From IMG/VR virus record IMGVR_UViG_3300044961_000667: a stretch of 64,000 nt of DNA; one strand, written 5' to 3'. The stretch's first letter is position 1. Each line of letters starts with the position of its first letter. This DNA comes from a virus (lineage: Duplodnaviria; Caudoviricetes). Positions 17,813 to 27,204 of this stretch are shown here, in pieces. Under the pieces are notes generated by a model. That model ran no database searches and was not told the origin of the DNA. It saw only the letters and a list, made by a program, of their open reading frames with translations. Both the position numbers and the translations under genes were made by a program.

Positions 17813-18853
17813 TCAGAAGGGAATCTCCTCCTCCGACATCTGGCTCAACGTCGCCGCCGCTTCCTCCCGCGGCTTGCTCTCAACCGGCTTGACCGGCGCC
17901 GCCTGGGCAACCAGCCCCAGCCGCTTGAAGATGTCCTCGATGATCTCGACCTGCCGCGCCGTCAGCGGCTTCGACTGGGTCTTGAACTCCTGGAGCATGT
18001 CCTTCTGCTTCACCGAGAGCCGCCCGCTGCCGAGCAGCGCCACCAACTTCTCCTTCGGGCCCGCCACCTGCGCCACCGCCGCCGTCGGCTTGGCTCCGAG
18101 GTAACGCTGCTCCAGCTCGGTCACGATCTCCAACTGCTTCGGAGAGAGGCTGCCACGGTCACCCAGCTGAACTGCGAAGCTCTCCACCATGTCGGCTGCC
18201 TTCGCCGTCATCTTCCCCGTGGCCTGGAGAAGCGCATTCATCCGATTGAGGAGATCCGGACCCGACTCGTCCATGTCCCGCTCTTCCTTCGAGAGAACTC
18301 GTTCGGCGATGGGCGCCTTCTTCGTCGCCTCCGCCTCCAAGGCATCCCAGTCGGTTTCGGCAATCATCCCCGTCGCCACCTCGATCTGCTTCACGGTGAG
18401 CCGGCGACCCTGCTTCAGCTGGGCCAGGATGGAACTGGCGAACCGATGCCACGGCCGAAGAGTGACGTACCGTTCGAGCATCGTCGGGAGCGTCTTCTTC
18501 GCCTCCTCCTGCTGCCTGGCGATGAAGTCCTTCGCCATGCGCTTCCACTCTGCCTTCGAGGTCTCCTTCTTCTTCGACTCGATCTCCGCCGCCGTCATCT
18601 GACGACCGAGCTGGCGCTCGAAGTCCGCCTGCATCTGCGTCCAGTACGCCTCCGACCAGCTGGCCTGCACCAGCGTTGGTCCGCAGGTGCTGCCGACCGG
18701 GCGCGTCGCCTCCCGATCGTCCAGCGGGTGCACGTGGTACTCGTACCTGAGAGGGGAGCCGCAGATGCTGCACCGACCGCTCATGCTGCCGAGGTCAGTG
18801 ACTGATTCGATCGTCCAGCGCCCCTGCTTCGCCAGCTTGCTGATTGCGTCCAT
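17813..18853 (-). CDS. hypothetical protein with N-terminal zinc finger
   Basis: CSICG...YEYHV...VGSTC; repeated LSxKQ.E helices. Confidence 0.7.
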   Translation of the reverse strand: MDAISKLAKQGRWTIESVTDLGSMSGRCSICGSPLRYEYHVHPLDDREATRPVGSTCGPTLVQASWSEAYWTQMQADFERQLGRQMTAAEIESKKKETSKAEWKRMAKDFIARQQEEAKKTLPTMLERYVTLRPWHRFASSILAQLKQGRRLTVKQIEVATGMIAETDWDALEAEATKKAPIAERVLSKEERDMDESGPDLLNRMNALLQATGKMTAKAADMVESFAVQLGDRGSLSPKQLEIVTELEQRYLGAKPTAAVAQVAGPKEKLVALLGSGRLSVKQKDMLQEFKTQSKPLTARQVEIIEDIFKRLGLVAQAAPVKPVESKPREEAAATLSQMSEEEIPF

Positions 18854-19005
18854 CGTTCCTCTCCTTGGTCCCCCTGGGTTGGGGGAGGCGGTTGGTGTGA
18901 TTCTAGAGTGACACCGGTCTTAGGTTTCGTCAAGAGGCGTGCGACGGGCCATGTCTTTTTCGTTGGAATCTTGACAAAGCACACAATGACGGGGACTCTT
19001 GCTTC

Positions 19006-19076
19006 GTGGACCAAGGGGTCCCCCCCTCCCCTCCTTGGTTGACAGAAGGGCCCCGCGTTGGGGCCCTTCTCATTTC
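19006..19076 (+). ncRNA. candidate small RNA with C-rich loop
   Basis: TTGACA-17-GACTCT at 18971-18999; stem-loop 19010-19039 with loop TCCCCCCCTCCC; terminator hairpin 19044-19070. Confidence 0.4.
19044..19070. terminator. 11-bp hairpin, probable intrinsic terminator
   Basis: AGAAGGGCCCC-GCGTT-GGGGCCCTTCT immediately after the Pol X stop. Confidence 0.7.
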
Positions 19077-19078
19077 CA

Positions 19079-19582
19079 TCACCTGTCGGTCGGCTCCACC
19101 CACGCCATGCCGATCGCGTCCAACACCTCCCGCTCCGTCTTCGACGCGACGAGACGATCGCCCTCGAAGAGGCCGTGCTGACTCAGCTGGAGTCCGCGAG
19201 CGATCGCAGCCTGCCGGCACTTGATGTTGAACAGCTTGCTTCCGGTGCAGTGCAGCATCGCCGACCCGAGCTGATGCGGCTCGACCAGGGTGATGTCCAC
19301 CTGAACGCCGTCGTGCAGCAGCTGCATCTTCGGCTTGCCGTTCTTGGCGCTCCCGCAGCGATCACGGAGCCACTGTTCCGTGTCCATCACCTGCTTCAGA
19401 TCCGCCATGGACACCACGACAACGAGATCGACGTCGCCGCAGGTCGGCTGCAGGCGCCGAATACTCCCGGCGACGTGCACCGACACTCCCAGCTTCTGCT
19501 CCATCTCGCCGCGAATCGCCTCTGCGATCTGAGACGCGTCGTGATTGCTGACACGACGTCCACCCAGCGACTTGCCTCCCAT
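19079..19582 (-). CDS. polX: minimal family X DNA polymerase (palm and thumb only)
   Basis: AGSIRR...GDVDLVV, QVDI, TGSKLFNIKCRQAAIARGLQLSQHGL, TEREVLDAIGMAWVEP; 167 aa. Confidence 0.85.
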   Translation of the reverse strand: MGGKSLGGRRVSNHDASQIAEAIRGEMEQKLGVSVHVAGSIRRLQPTCGDVDLVVVVSMADLKQVMDTEQWLRDRCGSAKNGKPKMQLLHDGVQVDITLVEPHQLGSAMLHCTGSKLFNIKCRQAAIARGLQLSQHGLFEGDRLVASKTEREVLDAIGMAWVEPTDR

Positions 19583-19640
19583 ATCCGCTCCGTTCTCCCG
19601 GCCACTGGCCGGGCGTTGGTGAGGATGGAAAGCTACCAGC

Positions 19641-20318
19641 TTACGCTAGTTTCGTCAAGAGGAAGGCATCGAGAACGCGCGAGTGCACGTCGTCGAACTC
19701 TCCCATCGCGTTGACGACAGTCCACTTCGTATTCACCTCGATGCCGCCCAGCTGAGACTCCATCTTGAACAGCGCGAGGTAGTTCTCCCTCACGCGCTCC
19801 AGCAGGCCAGGCTGCTTCTCGTACCTGTCTCGTCGCTCCGGACGGCGACGCACCGACTCTGCCGGCGGGATGTCCATCAGAACGACGAAGTCGGGCTCGG
19901 GCAGGAGATCGTGGATCTGCCTGAGCCACTTCGCGTCAATCCCGTCGGCCGCCCCGTAGGCAAACCCCGACGGCCAATACCGATCGAGCACCACGTCGTG
20001 GTCCTCCATCAGCGCCTTGTAGATCTTGTGGACCGCCTCGAAGCGATTCACCGTCATCATGCACTGGAACATGAGCGGGTCGAGCTTCGACGGGTACTGC
20101 GGCGCTCCCTCTTCGTTGGTCGAGAACGCCTTCCACTGCTGCGTCAGGTGCTGCTTGATCGCCTGGCCGAGGGGCGTCTCGTAGTCGGGGAAGCTGAAGA
20201 GCTGCACCTTGCGGCCCCGCATCTTCAGATCCTCGACGAACTTCTTCGAGTGACTGTTCTTGCCCGACGCGTCGATGCCCTCGAACACGTACATCCGGCC
20301 TCTGCGATCTTCGCTCAT
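19641..20318 (-). CDS. tmk: thymidylate kinase
   Basis: FEGIDASGKN P-loop, FSFP, LDRYWPSGFAY, PDFVVLMDIP; start 20318 or TTG 20333. Confidence 0.9.
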   Translation of the reverse strand: MSEDRRGRMYVFEGIDASGKNSHSKKFVEDLKMRGRKVQLFSFPDYETPLGQAIKQHLTQQWKAFSTNEEGAPQYPSKLDPLMFQCMMTVNRFEAVHKIYKALMEDHDVVLDRYWPSGFAYGAADGIDAKWLRQIHDLLPEPDFVVLMDIPPAESVRRRPERRDRYEKQPGLLERVRENYLALFKMESQLGGIEVNTKWTVVNAMGEFDDVHSRVLDAFLLTKLA

Positions 20319-20354
20319 CCGGACTTCGTGCAATCGATTGCGCCCTCCGTCAAG

Positions 20355-20561
20355 CTACAGCTTCTCGGCTTCGGCGAGATCGTGGAGCGCCTTCGCGGCG
20401 TCCATGAACTCCTGCATCGACGACTGGATGAGCCCGGCTTCCGCCGTTTCGTCATCCAGGATGTCCTCGACGAACTCCACCAGCAGCCTGCACTCCGACT
20501 GCCCAGACTGACGCAGCTCCTCCAGCTTCTTCTCGAACGCCGCGGTCGACTTGATTGCCAT
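20355..20561 (-). CDS. hypothetical protein
   Basis: TGATG-coupled helical ORF. Confidence 0.55.
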   Translation of the reverse strand: MAIKSTAAFEKKLEELRQSGQSECRLLVEFVEDILDDETAEAGLIQSSMQEFMDAAKALHDLAEAEKL

Positions 20562-20782
20562 CACTGTCCTCTCTGTTCCGGCATCGGCCATTCGATGCCC
20601 ATCTTCGCCAGCTCTTCGCGCGCCTCCGGACTGCCGTTCAGAAAGTCGGTCAGCGCCTGGATGGCCGTGGTGCTCTTGTCCGCGGGCCGCCCAGGAAGTC
20701 GGCGCGTCGGCGCGGGTGGGTCGTACCGGTGCTTCTGCACCAACGCGTTACCCAGCATCATCATCGTCTTCTTCAGATCCAT
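20561..20782 (-). CDS. hypothetical protein
   Basis: MDLKKTMMML..., RBS present. Confidence 0.5.
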   Translation of the reverse strand: MDLKKTMMMLGNALVQKHRYDPPAPTRRLPGRPADKSTTAIQALTDFLNGSPEAREELAKMGIEWPMPEQRGQ

Positions 20783-21137
20783 CTTCGTCCTCTCTCGGTA
20801 CGGGCTGCTCGTCCTTGCCCAACAGGAAGCGCAGGAACCCGGTCGTCGACAGCACCTTGTTGATGTTCTCGACGGGGTACGCACGCGGGAAGTCGACCAC
20901 GCACAGGTTCTTCGCCCAGTCGGCGAGACCGGCCTTCAGCATCTTCTGCCGCTCTTCCTTCGCCCAGGCGTGCACGCGCTCGGGGCTCCCGTGCTTCCGC
21001 ATCGAGTACGACTCGGCGTCGTAGGCCACGGAGACCGTGTCGCACATGTACAGGGTCTCCAACCGCTCCCCAGTCTCGTAGTTCACCTCGACGAGGTAGT
21101 ACGAGCCGTGCTCGAAGACGTACTGGTTCTCTCGCAT
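20748..21137 (-). CDS. hypothetical protein
   Basis: 129 aa ORF with acidic tail. Confidence 0.6.
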   Translation of the reverse strand: MRENQYVFEHGSYYLVEVNYETGERLETLYMCDTVSVAYDAESYSMRKHGSPERVHAWAKEERQKMLKAGLADWAKNLCVVDFPRAYPVENINKVLSTTGFLRFLLGKDEQPVPREDEDGSEEDDDDAG

Positions 21138-21139
21138 CG

Positions 21140-22993
21140 TCAGTCCGCTGCCTCTTTCAGCTTGCTGAGCTTCTTCAGCAGCAGCTGCAGTTCGTTCTGC
21201 TGCGGCTTTGCGGCAGCCGGCGGCTTGCGTGGAACCATCTTGATCGGCTGCGGAACAACCTTCGGTGCAGGCGCCGCCATGCCGCGCTGCTTCAGGTACG
21301 CCTCCGCGAGCTTCTTGATGTTGTTCTCACCGACGTCCAACTGCTCGATCAACGCCCCCGCGGGGTCGCGCATGCCTTCGATCTGCTGACGCTTCAACCC
21401 CAGGACGTCCGCGACCACCGGATCCGAGCCACTGTCGGACACCAGGAAGTACGCTACGCACGGTTCATCCTGCCCATCACGGTGGACGCGACCGATGCAC
21501 TGCTCGTGGACGCCTGGACTCCAGTCGAGTTCGCCGAACACCACCGTCCGCGCATGGCCCTGGAGGCCATCCAGGCCAGCGCCGGCTCGAAGCGACATCA
21601 TCAACACCTGCGAGTCGCCCTTGGTGAACCTCTCGACAGCTTCGAGCTTCTGCTTCACCGACTCGGAGCCCGTGTACATCACCGGGTTGAACTCCTTCAG
21701 CCGCTCGTGCCAGATGCTGTACACCTCTCGGTGCCACCCGTAGAGCACCACCTTCTCGCCGTTGCCGACCAGCAGCCGGACGAATTCAGCCACGTACGGC
21801 GCCTTCGCGATGCCCGTGGCCTGGCGCAACATCCACGACAGCTCTTCCGCGGCCCGGAGCTTCTCACCCCGCTTCTGCCCACCCTGCTGCAGGATGATCT
21901 GCGCCAGCTCGATCGCCTTCCCGCCGACCCTTTCCAGGGCCTCCATGTCGGCATCGACGTGATGCGGAACCCTGGTGAGCGCAGGCAGCTCTCGACCAAC
22001 GTCTTTCCGCGTCCGGCGCAACATCAGCCCGGCCTCGCGCATGTACAAGCCGAACGCCTTCGGGTCCTTGATGCTGTGCTGCTCGTTCCCGCCCATCGAG
22101 GCCGCGTTGCACCACTCTCGAACAAACTCATCGTAGGTGCCAAGCGCGAGCGGCTTCAGCACCGTCAGCACGTTGTAGATCTCGGACCCGTAGTTGAAGA
22201 TCGGGGTCGCCGACAGCCCCATCTTGAAGTCGGCGCCGTTCGCGATGTGTTTCGCACCCGCGTACTTCGCCGTCCCTCCATGGCGTAGCTCCTGGATCTC
22301 GTCGAACACCACGGTTCTCACCTTGCCGGCGAGCACGTCAGCCCACCCCGCCAGCTTGTGGTAGTTCGTGACGATCACATCAGGGAACGGCACGTCGACC
22401 TCTCTGCGCCCACGCTTCTCCACCGTGAGCGGGTACGGCGTTCCCTTCTTCACGATGTGAACCCGCGTCTCCGGGATGAACTTCTGGATCTCGCGCTTCC
22501 ACTGCTCAGGCAGAGACGTCAGCGTCACGACCAGCGCGGGCAGCGCCATCTTCTCCGTGAAGAGGCAGATCGCCGAGGCGGTCTTGCCCAAGCCCAGGTC
22601 GTCAGCCAGGAGAAGCGCCCCACCCTGAAGCGTCGCCTCCGCGGCGAGCGCCTGGTACGAGCGCGGCGGCAGCGCCATCTTGAACTCTCGGGCCTGGAAC
22701 TTGCCCTCGATGATGTCGCTCAGGCGCTCGGAGTGATCGATGTACTCCTGCGAGCGCCGGTCGAGGTACGCCCTGTCGTCGGGCGACATCTCCAGCGGAT
22801 AGCGATCGATGAACCACTTCAGCTCCCGGCAGTTCTCCGTGGTGTCGCTCAGGATCACCAAGTCGTGCTGCCGCGTGTCGATCTTCTGAAAGAAGCGCTT
22901 CAACCGGATCATCACGTGGGGCTCGCACTCGATGCCCCAGATCCGGTTCGAGCGCCGCACGCGCCCGAATGTCCTCACAACATCGACTCCCAC
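21140..22993 (-). CDS. SNF2-family (SF2) helicase
   Basis: LADDLGLGKT, VFDEIQ, LSATPIFN, MSLRAGAGLDGLQ, EQCIGRVHRDGQ. Confidence 0.9.
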   Translation of the reverse strand: MGVDVVRTFGRVRRSNRIWGIECEPHVMIRLKRFFQKIDTRQHDLVILSDTTENCRELKWFIDRYPLEMSPDDRAYLDRRSQEYIDHSERLSDIIEGKFQAREFKMALPPRSYQALAAEATLQGGALLLADDLGLGKTASAICLFTEKMALPALVVTLTSLPEQWKREIQKFIPETRVHIVKKGTPYPLTVEKRGRREVDVPFPDVIVTNYHKLAGWADVLAGKVRTVVFDEIQELRHGGTAKYAGAKHIANGADFKMGLSATPIFNYGSEIYNVLTVLKPLALGTYDEFVREWCNAASMGGNEQHSIKDPKAFGLYMREAGLMLRRTRKDVGRELPALTRVPHHVDADMEALERVGGKAIELAQIILQQGGQKRGEKLRAAEELSWMLRQATGIAKAPYVAEFVRLLVGNGEKVVLYGWHREVYSIWHERLKEFNPVMYTGSESVKQKLEAVERFTKGDSQVLMMSLRAGAGLDGLQGHARTVVFGELDWSPGVHEQCIGRVHRDGQDEPCVAYFLVSDSGSDPVVADVLGLKRQQIEGMRDPAGALIEQLDVGENNIKKLAEAYLKQRGMAAPAPKVVPQPIKMVPRKPPAAAKPQQNELQLLLKKLSKLKEAAD

Positions 22994-23349
22994 AGAACGA
23001 CAGCCCGCACGGGCTTTCCGCTCATCTCGTTCGGCAAGTTGGTCAACCTCATTCTCGTCGCGACCAGCAGCACGCCAGTGACGCTCGGATGCTGCAGGTA
23101 CCGATGGATCTGCCTCGTCTCCTTCGACAGCGATCCACCAATCTTCACCTCGATCACCGTTCCCCCAACCATGAAGTCGGCGATGTCGGTGGCGCTCAGG
23201 TACACCTCGCGCTGGAAGTCGATGCCGCGGACCAGCTTCGCTGCCAGCAGCACCTGCTCGATGCCAGCCTGCAGCTCCTTCTCGTTCACGTAGGAGTACC
23301 GGTGCGAGCGAATCAGCTCGGCCAGCGCCCCGAGATCCAGGCCGCTCAT
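22975..23349 (-). CDS. PD-(D/E)xK nuclease-like protein
   Basis: EKELQ...FQREV...ADFMV...IEVK...QIHRY. Confidence 0.65.
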   Translation of the reverse strand: MSGLDLGALAELIRSHRYSYVNEKELQAGIEQVLLAAKLVRGIDFQREVYLSATDIADFMVGGTVIEVKIGGSLSKETRQIHRYLQHPSVTGVLLVATRMRLTNLPNEMSGKPVRAVVLWESML

Positions 23350-23359
23350 CGCAGTTTCA

Positions 23360-23719
23360 CTACCAGCACTTGTACTCGGAGTACACGGCCACCATACCGC
23401 CCGGCAGGAACTTGTGCGACACGATCGAGTCGCCTCCATGGAAGAACTCGCACCAGTAGAAGGCGTCCATCATCAACTCCTTCGACACGAGAAACTCCAG
23501 GCTCTTGTACTGGCGCGACGTCCTGCCGAACGTCTCGCTCACCGCCACGAAGTGACGAAACGGAGCCCCATCAACCGGCGCCTGCGCCTGCTGCTCGCGC
23601 ATCATCCGGTGAAACTCCTCCTCCGTGAGCTTCTTGGCCGGCGGTCGCGTCGGCTCCGAAACCGAGATCGCCACCTTCTGGCCGCCATCCATCTCAAGCA
23701 CTCCGAGCTGCTTCATCAC
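23360..23719 (-). CDS. hypothetical protein
   Basis: 119 aa ORF, RBS present. Confidence 0.6.
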   Translation of the reverse strand: MMKQLGVLEMDGGQKVAISVSEPTRPPAKKLTEEEFHRMMREQQAQAPVDGAPFRHFVAVSETFGRTSRQYKSLEFLVSKELMMDAFYWCEFFHGGDSIVSHKFLPGGMVAVYSEYKCW

Positions 23720-24062
23720 GTGACTCCTCCTTCGGCCAGAAGTCGCTGCAGAGCGGCGTGCACACGTGCCCCTTGTCGAGAACGTACAGCCTGGCCCTGC
23801 GGTTCTTGAAGTTCGACTCGATGCCGTACAGGCCGTACGGCGCCATCTCGTTGCTGATCGCGATAGCGCTCACCTTCGGGAGCCTCAGCTCGCGAATGCA
23901 CTCCTTGATGTTCTCTCCCGGCATCATCCCGACCACCAGCGCCTTTTCATCTGGGCCAGGGATTCTCTGCCACTCCATCGCCTCGATGGCCTTGAGCACC
24001 TCCGCGCGCTGCTTCTCAGTCGCCGTGTGCTCCGCCCCGACCTTCATCCACGTCCGCTGCAT
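23694..24062 (-). CDS. hypothetical protein
   Basis: 122 aa ORF. Confidence 0.6.
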   Translation of the reverse strand: MQRTWMKVGAEHTATEKQRAEVLKAIEAMEWQRIPGPDEKALVVGMMPGENIKECIRELRLPKVSAIAISNEMAPYGLYGIESNFKNRRARLYVLDKGHVCTPLCSDFWPKEESRDEAARSA

Positions 24063-24063
24063 C

Positions 24064-24435
24064 TCACTCTCCGTTCAGTCTGCGGTACTCGGCGTTGATC
24101 GCGTTCAACAGTCGCTTGAACCGGATCATCAGCCCCATCGCCTGGATCCTGCTGGCGTCGTCCTTCAGCAACGACGAGATCTCCAGGATCTTGCACATCG
24201 TGTCGATCTCTCCGAACGAGAGCCGATGATCGAAGTCCGGCACGTTCGCGACGCAGCCGCTGATCTGGAACAGGAAGCCGCCCTCCTGGCCGGCCGCCTT
24301 GCACTTCCAGTCGTAGTGCACCGACGACAGGTGCAGGAGCAGCGCGATCTCCGGCTGCTCGAACCGCTCCCGCACCCTCACTTCGTAGTCGAACTGGACC
24401 GGCTTGAAGCCGAGGCGCTTCTCCTCCGCGGGCAT
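24064..24435 (-). CDS. hypothetical protein
   Basis: 123 aa ORF. Confidence 0.6.
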   Translation of the reverse strand: MPAEEKRLGFKPVQFDYEVRVRERFEQPEIALLLHLSSVHYDWKCKAAGQEGGFLFQISGCVANVPDFDHRLSFGEIDTMCKILEISSLLKDDASRIQAMGLMIRFKRLLNAINAEYRRLNGE

Positions 24436-24438
24436 CCA

Positions 24439-25089
24439 TCAGTAGCCCCACCCGCTCCGGCGCTCTCGATCCCGACGGTACCGCAGGGTCTCCTCTTCCC
24501 AGCAGCCCATCCACGGCTTCAAGCCCTCGCCCTTGTTCAGGCGGTGCGTGAAGACACGCTTCAGCTTCGACATCTGTTCGAGGTTGTCCTCGCAGACGGT
24601 CGGCCAGATGTCGAAGTACGCCGAGTCGTACTTCGTGGTGGTCGGCGGCTTCCAGGTGAGGATGTCCTCACACACCACCTTCAGCTTGGCTGCCTCCGGC
24701 AGCGTCGCCTGGAGCGATGGCAGCACCACGTCGATGACGTCCTGGTACTTCTCGACGACGGTGACCGACTTCACGTCGGGCTTCTGCAACACCGGGATCA
24801 ACACCATCCCGATGCCGAGACCGCCGATGAGCGCGTCGCCCTTGAGCTGGCGGACCGCGAAGCTGTTCGACCGCCACTCGAACTGAGTGTCCGTCATCAT
24901 CAGGACACCGTTCACCGAAAGCCGGGCGTATGTCCCAGGCTCGACGAAGTCGTTGGGGTGGCCGAACGACGCACGCAGCCTCGTCCGGTCAGAGTCCTGC
25001 TTGGTGACCTCGAAGTGCTCGACCTTCGCGCTGCCCTTCTGTCCGGGCATCACGTACTTCGCCACGCTGGGCTTTTCGATTCGCATCAT
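24439..25089 (-). CDS. class I SAM-dependent transferase, spermidine-synthase-like fold
   Basis: LIGGLGIGM, VTVVEKYQDVI, YDSAYFDIWP. Confidence 0.75.
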   Translation of the reverse strand: MMRIEKPSVAKYVMPGQKGSAKVEHFEVTKQDSDRTRLRASFGHPNDFVEPGTYARLSVNGVLMMTDTQFEWRSNSFAVRQLKGDALIGGLGIGMVLIPVLQKPDVKSVTVVEKYQDVIDVVLPSLQATLPEAAKLKVVCEDILTWKPPTTTKYDSAYFDIWPTVCEDNLEQMSKLKRVFTHRLNKGEGLKPWMGCWEEETLRYRRDRERRSGWGY

Positions 25090-25161
25090 CCGCTCCTTGT
25101 TGGCCCCATGGGGTTGGGGATTCTGTGAAGCTACCTCACTGAATCTGTTTCGTCAAGAGGC

Positions 25162-25572
25162 TTAGTCTTCTTCCGGCAGCATCAGCGTCACCGCCGGCTC
25201 GCCGCGATCGTCTGGCCCCACATGCAGCTTGAACACGAACTTCTTCTGCCGCCCGACGCCGGCGATCAGCACCTCGAAGAACCGAGCGTCAGGACCGGCA
25301 TCCATGCCTCGGAGCCGCACGGGCATCGCCCGCGCCATCCACAGCATGTCGTGAACGACGCCGTCGACGCTGTTCATCGCCCGCTTGTTGGCGACCGCCT
25401 TCTCGATGATCGACCACACGGCCGAAGTACACACCACGCTCCGGCCAGGGTGATGCTGGCGGCACACGTCAGGCGCCAGAGCCACGAGATCGACGAGGTG
25501 GCCGTCTTCGATGGCCTGCGCTCGCGTGTACACGCTGATCGGCTTTCCGAACACCTCTTCGAGACTTCCCAT
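25162..25572 (-). CDS. DUF6573-like phage protein
   Basis: YTRAQAIEDGHLVDL...DMLWMA...TLMLPEED. Confidence 0.65.
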   Translation of the reverse strand: MGSLEEVFGKPISVYTRAQAIEDGHLVDLVALAPDVCRQHHPGRSVVCTSAVWSIIEKAVANKRAMNSVDGVVHDMLWMARAMPVRLRGMDAGPDARFFEVLIAGVGRQKKFVFKLHVGPDDRGEPAVTLMLPEED

Positions 25573-25891
25573 CTTCGTCCGTCCTTTCATCGAAAACGCC
25601 TGGCAGGAGAGTCCATCTCGTCCCGCCCTTGAGTACCTGCGCCGGCTCGTACAGCGCGAACAGCGTCACCTCTCCATCGAAGCTCTCCGGCAGCTCAAAC
25701 CCGGCCTTCAACGCCTCAGCCCTGGCGAACTGCCTCTTCGATGTCACCTTGGCCTGCTGCTGCTGCGACAACGCCTTCCACGCGCGACGGACTGCGGCTC
25801 TGCCGCGACGAATCTCTCGCTCGGAGACGTTCAACCACGCGTTGGAGAGCCACTCCCCTCCAACGGATCTGAATCGCACCTGCAAGGCCAT
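25469..25891 (-). CDS. hypothetical protein (3' end uncertain)
   Basis: TGATG-coupled start; runs about 100 nt into the next gene. Confidence 0.5.
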   Translation of the reverse strand: MALQVRFRSVGGEWLSNAWLNVSEREIRRGRAAVRRAWKALSQQQQAKVTSKRQFARAEALKAGFELPESFDGEVTLFALYEPAQVLKGGTRWTLLPGVFDERTDEDGKSRRGVRKADQRVHASAGHRRRPPRRSRGSGA

Positions 25892-26358
25892 CAGCTGACG
25901 CGAGCCTCCCACTTCATCTCTTCCTCGGCTTCCTTGGCGAGCACCGCCGCGCACGCCGAGCAGACGTTGGTGCCCGTCCGCCCCTCCATCAGGCACTTCA
26001 GCTTGGCGCCGTGCCCGTCAGTGCGCCCCTCGGGAGCGACCTTCGCCTCGAACGCCTTCAACTCCTCTTCAGTGGCGACAGCGACCAGGCCAGGAGAGAC
26101 GCGCCAGCCGCCGGGGAAGCCCTTCACGTCGACCGTCACCGTCTTCGTGTTGACCGACTTCACCTTGCCAACGAGGCTCTGCCCGCGGCCCTTGAACTTC
26201 ACCGCCTGCCCAGGAAGAAGGCGCTTCTCCGCCATCAGCTCCTGCGCCGCTGTCGCGCTCACCTGATTCCACCGCTGACGAAGAGCGTCGCTCACGCGCT
26301 TCAGATCTTCGTGGGTGCTGATCTTCGCCAGTGCATCAATCGCCTCTCGAACCGACAT
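25891..26358 (-). CDS. hypothetical protein, SH3/KOW-like beta domain
   Basis: GQAVKFKG...GKVKSVNTKTVTV. Confidence 0.6.
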   Translation of the reverse strand: MSVREAIDALAKISTHEDLKRVSDALRQRWNQVSATAAQELMAEKRLLPGQAVKFKGRGQSLVGKVKSVNTKTVTVDVKGFPGGWRVSPGLVAVATEEELKAFEAKVAPEGRTDGHGAKLKCLMEGRTGTNVCSACAAVLAKEAEEEMKWEARVS

Positions 26359-26376
26359 CTCCGTCTCCTTCGGGGA

Positions 26377-26784
26377 TCAACCCCACGTGATGACTCCGTC
26401 GCCAGCCTTCTCGGCCAGCTCCAACAACTGCTTCGTCTTCTGTCGCAGGTAGCCGGGAGGACGGCCGCCGAAGATGACTCGCGGGCCGGGCTCGCCAGCA
26501 ACCAGGCGCTGGGAACCATCCGGCTCAATCACGAAGAGTCGATTCTCTCCGCTGTCAGTCGCTGCCAGCCCTTCGTCGTGATTCTGAGGGATGTCCCACA
26601 AGCGCCGGCGACACCGAGCAGCAAGCTCTCGGGCGCTGATGCTGCCGAGCAGTCCATCAGGTCCATCCAGCGGGATGTCGAGCCAGCGAAGGATGTCGCA
26701 GGCATTCACGTTGCTGACGTTGATCTGCCCCTCCCCGGTTTCAACGTCCGATGGGATGCTGGGGCTCTCGAAGGTGACCGACAT
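26377..26784 (-). CDS. hypothetical protein
   Basis: First gene after promoter 26859; strong RBS. Confidence 0.65.
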   Translation of the reverse strand: MSVTFESPSIPSDVETGEGQINVSNVNACDILRWLDIPLDGPDGLLGSISARELAARCRRRLWDIPQNHDEGLAATDSGENRLFVIEPDGSQRLVAGEPGPRVIFGGRPPGYLRQKTKQLLELAEKAGDGVITWG

Positions 26785-26873
26785 TCACTTCCTCCTGGTT
26801 CCCGCCTGGGTTGGCGGAGGTGGATTGTCAGAACATCATGCCAGACGATGCGTGTTTCGTCAAGAGGCCGCGC

Positions 26874-27086
26874 TCACTCCCACTGAATGTCGCCCGGCTC
26901 AACCTTCACCGACCCGCCCTGCTGGCAGTGCCTGCAGAGGAAGTCGACGATGAACGGCGCTTCGTCGGCCTGCGTGGCCGACGTTGGATCTGCCTCGTGC
27001 TTCCCGTCGACTGCGACCTGGCAGTGCTCGTAGCAGGGAGGGGACTTCTTGCAGACCTTGCACTTCGCCTCGCTCTTCTTGCCCAT
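26874..27086 (-). CDS. small Cys-rich protein
   Basis: CKVC, C..HC, CRHC. Confidence 0.55.
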   Translation of the reverse strand: MGKKSEAKCKVCKKSPPCYEHCQVAVDGKHEADPTSATQADEAPFIVDFLCRHCQQGGSVKVEPGDIQWE

Positions 27087-27096
27087 GGTCGTTTCT

Positions 27097-27163
27097 CCGG
27101 GTGTAGCGGTATTCAGGCTCGGACGTTCGCTCGTGGGCGGCTCTGTGCGGCAACGTCGCGCAA
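27097..27163. repeat. dispersed ~70-bp intergenic element, copy 1
   Basis: 20-bp exact match CCGGGTGTAGCGGTATTCAG plus TTCGCTCGT and CGTCGCGCA shared with 30532-30598. Confidence 0.7.
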
Positions 27164-27185
27164 CCGTGCAATCGATTGCGCGACT

Positions 27186-27201
27186 CGTTCCACGTGGAAC
27201 A
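27186..27201. promoter_or_regulatory. parS-type ParB binding site
   Basis: CGTTCCACGTGGAACA (reverse complement TGTTCCACGTGGAACG); intergenic; fits the bacterial parS consensus TGTTNCACGTGNAACA at 15/16. Confidence 0.7.
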
Positions 27202-27204
27202 GCC

